The translations under genes were made by a program, and so were the position numbers. The notes under the pieces are model-generated. The model searched no databases. It was not told the origin of the DNA and saw only the letters and a program-made list of their open reading frames with translations. This document shows positions 55,346 through 64,000 of a DNA stretch of 64,000 nt, piece by piece (position 1 is the first letter of the stretch; each line of letters begins with the position of its first letter). The DNA is from Azolla caroliniana (Eukaryota; Plantae; Polypodiophyta): contig JBHGNT010000009.1 of assembly GCA_043228905.1 (NCBI GenBank), positions 17,980,001 through 18,044,000 of the forward strand. Reading direction: 5' to 3'.

Positions 55346-58300
55346 ATGGCCACCATGTCGCAGCCGTGCAGGCCAAGCTTCCATTGCCGGGAAGCCTTTT
55401 GTAGAACTATTCTCCCATCACTCTCCAACACTCGATGTGTGTCTCCTCATAGGTGCCGCTTCTCACCTGTTCGTGTAATCGCCAAGAATGAAGAGACTCT
55501 TGGTGAACGAGTGTGGAAAGAGTATGGAAAAGCGGTAGAGAGAAGAGATCTTAAGAAAGCCTTAAAAATCCTCGAAACTGTGCAAGTGTTGGAGAAGCCG
55601 AGAGATAATTTTCGATTTGTGACAGACATACAAGAAGAACAAGAAGGACAAGAAGAACAAGAAGAAGAGGAAGATGTTTTATTCCAAGAGATTGATAATG
55701 ATGATAATGATGAGATTTTCATCCCTTTACCACCTTTGGACCTTCGAGATCTTCTTGACACTTGCTTGACTGCCACTGATATGCAGCTTGTTGGAAGGAC
55801 ATACAGTTTCTTGCGTCTCAGAGGTTTATTGCCGAACTTTGGAAGATATAGAAACATCAGTAAGTGCTTTTCTTCGTCCATTTAAATTTGTTTGTTTGAT
55901 GATAGGTGTATTGCCAAGATTTGAAAAATTTTAAAACATCAGAAAAATCAGTGTTTTTCATCTATGCAAGATATTTATAGAGATGCCATTATAAACAGGG
56001 CTTTATATTTGAAGCACCATATAAGGTCTCAAGCACGAATATTTGCATTCAATCATCAATATATGGACCCTCAAACGTTTCTACTTTCTTAAATGATTTA
56101 AGTGCAAAATAGTATTTTATTTGTGTTTTTTGTGAGCATGTGCGTTTCATTTGGCTTCATGTTTGCAACACCTGATAGTTTCAGGGCCTAAAGTGTAAAT
56201 TTCCCCTTGAAGCTCAAACTGGGTTTCAAATTGAAGCAGTGTAATATGTAGTTTTGCTTTGAGCTTTCCCACTTCTTGCACACTGTAATTGATGCATCCC
56301 AAACAGTTACCATGCTTGGCATTGTATAAATGAAAAAACTTAGTATCAGTGCCTCAAATTTCAGGGCCTACAGTTACCATGCTTGGCAACACCTGATAGT
56401 TTCAGGGCCTAAAGTGTAAATTTCCCCTTGAAGCTCAAACTGGGTTTCAAATTGAAGCAGTGTAATATGTAGTTTTGCTTTGAGCTTTCCCACTTCTTGC
56501 ACACTGTAATTGATGCATCCCAAACAGTTACCATGCTTGGCATTGTATAAATGAAAAAACTTAGTATCAGTGCCTCAAATTTTCATCATTTGGAAAATCA
56601 AGCTTACTAAAGTCATTCTCTTTGTTAATTTCCAGCTACTGAAAGCTTAAGAGATATCTCACCAACTGCATTCTTGGAAGCTTCTGGACTTGAAGGTTTG
56701 GATTGAAATTGATCTAAATACAATCAAATACTTTTTTCCACTTAAATTAGACTAAATAGTCCATTTAGTTGGTTGCATTCACAGCATCAAAACTCTCTCC
56801 AAAGAAATGGGGTCTAGATGGTAACTCAGCTCTAGTGTTGGGAGGCTCGCTTGTACTTTTCAACTTCTTGGTCAACAATGGAATAGATGTTCGGCCATTT
56901 TTGACCTCAATATTGACATTTGGAGTTCTGGATGCTGTCTTTCTGGGAGGTACTGGTCTTGCGTCCATCTTGATTTCTTGGCCTCCTTACAAGAGACGAG
57001 TGTTTGTTCATGAAGCTGGACATGTCCTTGTAGGTAATTTATTGTTGAGCTTTGTTGTTGAATGTATTACCGGTCTGATAATATTAGGTATATATGTGCT
57101 TATAATCATTACTCTTCTCTTTGGCAGCATATCTTCTTGGTTGTCCTATTCGTGGTGTTATTTTGGATCCTGTACAAGCCATGAGGTTGGGCATTCAAGG
57201 ACAAGTAAGATTTTATGACCATGCCCAGTCCTAAAGAGATTTTCTGGTTTCTTTCACATAAGAATATATTAAATTGGAATTTGTGGTGTACTTTAGGACA
57301 CATCAACCATTTACCACCCCAATGTGAGGTGATAAACATATAGAACTCCATAAAAACAAATCATGCCACGACAAATAACTCAGTCTTTATATTTTTATCT
57401 GCACAAGGGTTGATACAGATGCCAAACATCATTGCCAGCATGTTTTGACTTATGGCTTGTGCTGGATACGAACAACCTTTTTGCTGAAATCATTGAAAGG
57501 AGTCATCAATATTAGTGCTACTGATCCGAAAAGCAACAAATTTCTTGTTGAGGCAAAAGAACATGATAACTCCATAGTCTTTGACTAGCATTATTGTGTT
57601 GGCTATATAGTCAACGTCTATAAGCATTGATCATGTGTAAAAAATTTCAAAACATGGAAAAGAGTATGTTACATGCATGGGATATACTCACTTCAGCTTT
57701 CCCTGAATCTATTTGTGTCTTCTCTGTTATGTTGTTTTTCTACCATCTCTTTGAAGGTATTAGAATTTCTCAGAGATCTCTCAATATTCTTTTTATAACA
57801 TCTTGAGGTTTGATGGAAACTTTGTTTGTGAGATCTTTCACAATCCTAACGACATTGATAATGTAGTTTTGGATCATACATCTTTCTGCCCAAGGCTATA
57901 TGAAGATGTTTCCAAACTTACGCTTTGCCAATCCATATTGCTGACCTAATCGTCTGGTTATTTGGAAGATATTTCAGAAGTGAAAGTCATGATCATTTAT
58001 TCATCTAACTCAAAATAACTTTCAAATTCTCTTTATTCATGATGACCCTATAAAATGACATTGCCTTCGGATAGCATTTGCATATCTAGAAAGATTTTTT
58101 AAGGATAACGATATATAAAACCTTACATCATTACTCCTCGCAAAAGGGATCAATGAAATTCAGTCTTTATCTCCTTACTTCACCATTTTTTGGTTTGTAC
58201 TTGTTCTTTCTCTCATGTTCCTCTCTTGTTGTTTCCTGATGCTCATCCATGATTTTTCCATTCTCTTCCGAGGGTATAGGATTTTTGTTTCTCCCTAGAA

Positions 58301-59013
58301 GCAGAACTGAGCATACCCAAGTAACTAGAAGTATAAATGAAGGATGGCTGACTACATAAAACTTTACTAAAACTATTGGAAGTTCATTTGAACATTTTAA
58401 AATTTTCGATTGAAATATGTTCAGTACAGAAAACATTTCAGGATATTGGTGGATTCTAAGTGTTGTTGTCTCCAGGCTGGAACGCAGTTCTGGGATCAAA
58501 CACTTGAAGGTGAGCTACGACAAGGTCGTCTGACAAATGCATCATTTGACAGGTGCATAGTTGTTGCATTGTTAATAAACTCAATAAGTAGATTTGCCAA
58601 TGCCTCATTTTCATGTGGTGTCTTCAGGTACAGTATGATCCTTTTTGCTGGAATTGCTGCTGAAGCTATTGTCTATGGCGAGGCTGAAGGTGGTGAAAGT
58701 GACGAGAATCTTTTCAAAGCTATTGTGTCAGTTATTAGACCACCATGGACTCCTGCACAGGTAGGTTATTCTCTTGTTTTTATTTTGCTGCCTTATTTTA
58801 TGATTTTATTAACACCTACAGTTCCTTAAGGCTTCTTTTTTTGAAATACAGATATCTAATCAAGCAAGGTGGGCAGTGCTGGAGTCCTTCAAGCTTCTCA
58901 AAGAAAATCGACAAGCCTTGGATGTTGTTGTTAGATCGTTATATGAAGGGGGGATGTTGGGTGCTGTAATTCGAGATTTGGAAGAATCTCTATCTAAGGC
59001 TGCCTCAATGTAA
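55346..59013 (+). CDS. VIR3: Plastid FtsH-related M41 zinc metalloprotease lacking the AAA domain (VIR3/At1g56180-like); exons 55346-55859, 56636-56695, 56785-57033, 57128-57204, 58476-58552, 58628-58760, 58852-59013
   Basis: Transit-like N terminus; KLSPKKWGL, VHEAGH, YLLGCPIRGVILDP, AGTQFWD, LFAGIAAEA..GEAEGGE.DE, SNQARWAV; all GT-AG introns stay in frame. Confidence 0.92.
56165..56582. repeat. Exact ~197-bp tandem duplication in intron 1 (period 221)
   Basis: Copies 56165-56361 and 56386-56582. Confidence 0.92.
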
Positions 59014-59529
59014 AGATCTCTTATTTATCTTGCCTGTAAATTAAAGTTATATAAGCTGTGAATATGTTTCAGGAGCACAGTTATAACTAGTGTCTATACT
59101 CACTCTTAACTACATTCATTCTTAAATTTCTACAAGCCCTGAATTGGTTGGGCAGGGAATGCCTCTTGACCTAATGGCTGCCATTCATGACTTTGTGCGT
59201 TGCCAGAACTAGAAACAATTCCCAATGAGGATTGGTCATATGAAAGCCAGTTATTGTACTTGGTATGTATCTCTAAATCGTCTCACTAATGGCCTTCTAT
59301 AAGCTTTTTGAAGTTCCTCAGTTCTTCTTGGAATGGAGGAAATCAAGAATTTTGGAGTGATTGGAGTTGGTGGGATAGGTACCATTGGTTGAAGTTGAAT
59401 TCCCTGCACTCAATAACTTGGCTTGCATGATTTGTTGTGTTGATATTGCCCTTCTAGGAACTGGAGAAACTCAATGCATTCATGATATGATTTAGGCTAC
59501 TTCTAACGTTGCACAATGTGTTTCTTCGA

Positions 59530-60516
59530 TTGAACTTGCATTGATTCATGAAGGTGATGGATTTGAAAGATGGAAAGGGTTTGGGAATTCTTCTCGAGAA
59601 CAAGAATAACCTGGAAGTGCTTATAGAGAGTGGGGTTACTGTGGGGCAGGTATGCAATCACTTCGACGAGAGAATGCACTACTTTGGGGTGTCTGAAAAT
59701 CAGACTCGGGTCTACTTGAAGAAAAAACATCTTGAACGGTATAATTAAGTGTCCCAAAGGATCCAAACAAGTCATAAGAGTAGAATTGTTGGTCCTAAAG
59801 GAACTTATGAAGGATATGAAAAATCTCCAAATTGTGTTTGTGTCCCAAATGGCAAAGTTCATTTTACGTCTAAAAGTCTGAACTTGCTTTGATTCATGAA
59901 GGTGATGGATTTGAAAGATGGAAAGGGTTTGGGAATTCTTCTCGAGGACGAGAATAACCCAGAAGTGCTTATAGAGAGTGGGGTTACTGTGGGGCAGGTA
60001 TGCAATCACTTCGACAAGAGAATGCACTACTTTGGGGTGTCTGAAAATCAGACTTGGGTCTACTTGAAGAAAAAACATCTCGAACAGTAGAATTAAGTGT
60101 CCCAAAGGATCCAAACAAGTCATAAGAGGAGAATTGTTGGTCCTAGAGGAACTTATCAAGGATAGGAAAAATCTCCAAATTGTGTTTGTGTCCCAAATGG
60201 CAAAGTTCATTTTACGTCTAAAAGTCTGAACTTGCTTTGATTCATGAGGGTGATGGATTTGAAAGATGGAAAGGGTTTGGGAATTCTTCTCGAGGACAAG
60301 AATAACCCAGAAGTGCTTATAGAGAGTGGGGTTACTGTGGGGCAGGTATGCAATCATTTCGACAAGAGAATGCACTAGTTTGGGGTGTCTGAAAATCAGA
60401 CTCGGGTCTACATGTAGAATTGAGTGTCCCAAAGGATCCAAACAAGTCATAAGAGGAGAATTGTTGGTCCTAGAGGAACTTACAAGGATATGAAAAATGT
60501 CCAAATTGTGTTTGTG
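59530..60516. repeat. Three-copy tandem repeat with a 348-bp period in decayed TE-like DNA
   Basis: GATTCATGArGGTGATGGATTTGAAAGATGG at ~59543, 59891 and 60239. Confidence 0.92.
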
Positions 60517-62154
60517 AGTCTAAATACCAATTAGGCAAGACAATTGGTGGCCTAGACTTTTAGACGTAAAATGAACTTTGCCATTTGGGACACACGAGGT
60601 TCTGTCAGGTTGAGACATTGGGAGATGTGGGTCGTGAACTAGGTTTCAAGGAAAGCAATGATATGGACTTCAACGTCATCTTCATTGTAGTACTTCAAAT
60701 AGGGGAGATGACATGATATCGTCTGTGGGGATAATTTGTTTAAGTGTAGACAATGCCATTGTTTAGTGTGCACCTTGAAAAATGGGTGTAGTTACCAAAG
60801 TTTGACTTAACAGCGTTGTTTGGCTGCTTGTTGACCAACCAATTACTAGTTGGGCGAGGAGATAAATTATGCCCAAAGTAAGATTAAGCAACAAGGAAGA
60901 GTAATTATTGGAGACACATGAGGCTTCACAATAGATAGGTAGATTTTATTATTGTCTTCAAAGGTCAAACATGACCAATGAGACAAAAAATGTAACAATT
61001 GTATGTGCTTTTGCTGGTGTTTGGAGAAATTGTTGAGTAACTTCTCTTACTGTTTTGTTTCTTTGAATAAGTATTTTGTAATCGTGCAAATGCTTTTGTT
61101 AATTTTCCTTTTCCTTGACTAAATTCAAACTCATACAACATTCCTTAAAAACCCAATTTAGAGAGAGATTAATTTAAAGGGGAAGAGAATATATTTTAAT
61201 TATTCTCTCTTTACGGCTAGAAAATCATAAAATAATCAATCATGATGAGGGAATGAGTAGAATATCGTATATTGTAGAATGTATTCTATGTAGAGAATGT
61301 ATTCTATATACTTATCACAAGAGTAGTTTCGCAAGTATTTTCTAGTGAATGTGGTCATATACAAGGTATGATTCAACTTGACATTGCAACAAGCATTAGG
61401 GAAAATATAAATAATATGCCTTTACAAACGATTTGACAAGATTGGAGACTATTAACTACATGGGAGATTAGGAAGGATGAATACATTATGGTTCATGTGG
61501 TAATGTTAGTACATAATTTGGAACCTTTACCATGTACACAATCTTTCCCGAAGTGATAGTTTTGAACCACTAGGAATCCTCTTCAATAAACAACTAGCTT
61601 GAAAAATAGATTAAGCCAATGATTCCATTTATTCATCATTTATATCGCTCTAAGTTAAGCCGATAAACTAGAGACTCTTTCCCTACAAGTAATCACCATG
61701 AACTTGTTCAAAAAGTATAGTGTGGATCCCAAAGATATAATGTTCCTCATGAGCTTATCTTAAAACATATGTAGTTGTAGTCAGATTTAAGAAAGGAATG
61801 GATCTCCTATAGTAACCTTCAAAGCATTCTTGGACTATAGGAGATGTGTCGACATTTTCTTATTATTGATGTGAGGGATGATATTATTACCAACCATTGT
61901 AGGCAGACATTAATAACCATTACTTGTATTCTTTAATTTGTCATTACCACAAATTGCTAACGTTGTTCTAGTTGTGGATTCCCTTCATTAGCATTCATTA
62001 CTCATGTACGAAAATGGGGTTGGTTTTTGTGCTTTTATGGGATTCATAACACAAACATCAAGGGATGGACATTAGTGATAACTCACAATTTTTCCGTAGT
62101 GAAGGTGATTTCCAATTGTTGGCAAAAGTGGTGATGTGTGTAAGATTGATTTGT

Positions 62155-64000
62155 GTCAATTGGGAAACCCTAGTAGTGTCACTTAGTGCCTCTTATCAAG
62201 AAGAGAATTTGTCTTTACAAGTAGTAAAGACAAGCCTTTTGAACGAAGAGGCGAGAAGAAAAGAAATGAGTGCCTCATCTCAATCGGAAGTGAATGTGGC
62301 ACGAAACCTTGGTAGAGGAAGAAGTAAACATAAGAGTCCTCAGAAGAGAGACAAGTCCCAAACTAGGTCAAAGTCTAGAGGAAGACTCATGTGTTTCTAT
62401 TATGGGAAATTGGGTCATTCCAAAAGAACAGTCGACACTTTAAGAGAGACAAAGGTAATGCTGATGGTGCTGAGCCTAAGAAATTTTTTGATAAGAAAAA
62501 CACCTTAGCCATTTCAGCCAGTGAGGAAGAACTGCTATTCATTTTTGAACTAGTGTGAATCTTACAAACGGTGAGTGCTCTTGGGTAGTTGATTCTGGTG
62601 CATCGTGTCACCTAACTCCCAAAAGAGAATGCTTCTTATCTTACACAGTCGGTGACTATGACTATGTAAAGATGGGAAACGATGGTGCATGCAAAATTGT
62701 TGGTATAGGAAATGTGTGTTTGTTAACATCTATTGGCTGTAGGTTAATATTAAAGGATGTATGCCATGTGTTGGATGTTAGATTGAATCTGATATTGGTT
62801 GGATGATGAAGTCTATAGTGGTAGCTTTCATAAGGGTGCATGGAAGTTCTGCAAGGGAAGCTTGATTGTGGGTCGGGCACAAAAGTAGAACACATTGTAT
62901 GTAATGTATGCAAGGCTGTGCCGAGGTGAAGTGCATGCAATGGCCGACATAGTTGGTGACTTGTGGCATAAAAGGCTTGGCCACATTAGTGAGAGGGGAA
63001 TGCATATCCTTGCCGAAAAGGATCCCCTCCCAGAAGTGAAAGGAATGCATTTGGAAAAATGTGTGGACTGCTTGGTTGGAAAGCAAAACAGGGTTGCCTT
63101 TCACTCTAGGCATCCGATGAGAAGAGAAAGTGCCCTAGAATTGGGCCACAAAGATGTATGCTATGTGGATGCTCAATCACATCGTGGAGGACAATACTTT
63201 GTGACATTCATTGATGACTACAACAGAAAGTTATGGGCTTTCGTGCTGAAGACTAAAGACCAAGTGTTGTCGGTCTTTAAAGAGTTCCATGCTAGGGCTG
63301 AAAGAGAATCCAGACAGAAGTTGAAGGTTGTTTGGACAGACAACAGTGGTGAGTACAGAGGCCAGTTTGAGGTGTATTGTAAGACTCAAGGTATCAAACT
63401 TGAGTATACAATGCCGAAGTCACCTGAGTTGAATGGTTTGGCAAAGAGGATGAACCAGACCATAATGGAAAGGGTAAGAAATATGTTGTCACATGCAAAT
63501 TGACGAAATCGTATTAGGATGAGCCAATATTGATGGTTTTTTATCTTATAAATAGGTCTCCCTTAGTGCCTCCAAATGGTGATGTCTCACAGAGGGCGTG
63601 GATAGGAAGAAACGTCTCTTACCAGCACTTGAGGATGTTTGGATTCTTGACATATATGCATGTTGCAAAATATAGTTGGTGTGTACAGGAAGAAACATCT
63701 CTTACCAACACTTGAGGATGTTCAGATGCCTGGCATATATACATAAATTCTTGGGGTACTCAGAAGATGAGTTTAGCTATAAGTTGTGGGATCTTCTTGA
63801 CAAGAAAGTGGTGAGGAGCTGTGACATTGTATTCATGGAAGACAAGACGATTGAAGACTAGAGACAATAGAAAACAATGTCATCTTCCTACTACTATGGA
63901 TTCGGCACTAGCCGACCCCACTCCTACACAACTGGCTGATGCGATTGAATCTGAGCTGACTGGAAATGAATCTAAGGTGGATGATGAGTCGACAGAAGCA
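62155..64000 (+). mobile_element. Decayed Ty1/copia (gag end, protease, integrase), running off the window
   Basis: LLNEEARR, WVVDSGASCH, LWHKRLGH, FVTFIDD, TDNSGEY, NGLAKRMN; stops and frameshifts. Confidence 0.9.

Noticed and set aside
59503-60504. 333-aa repeat ORF as a functional gene
   Set aside because: No ATG start, length comes from the in-frame triplication, and flanks are full of stops; only weak gag-like resemblance.

Overview
Eukaryotic land-plant nuclear DNA; the transposon repertoire suggests a fern or other non-seed plant, which is an inference. 1-23 kb is a nested retrotransposon pile: several Ty1/copia remnants, a six-unit ~332-bp tandem array of tRNA-Leu(UAG) genes, and an intact Tat-like Ty3/gypsy element (extra archaeal-type RNase H) whose 5' LTR is interrupted by an intact Tcn1/Tf1-like chromovirus with apparently identical LTRs. 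The chromovirus LTR holds an antisense tRNA-like A/B-box hairpin, a long heat-shock element, a Tf1-type self-priming site and repeated TAGTACTA palindromes; its gag-pol junction has a -1 frameshift signal. The older copia pieces and the tRNA array look shattered or circularly permuted and re-ligated with almost no sequence loss. 23-48 kb has two divergent intron-containing small HSP genes with HSE promoters, separated by a pogo-like remnant, hAT MITEs, a full-length chromovirus with non-canonical TG..TA ends and a mosaic of host fragments (enolase, PORR, sHSP, U6). 48-64 kb has LINE and LTR debris, a GPI-anchored At1g02180-like gene, a 7-exon VIR3-like plastid zinc metalloprotease gene, a 348-bp triplication and a decayed copia. 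All calls were made by eye; no database searches were run.
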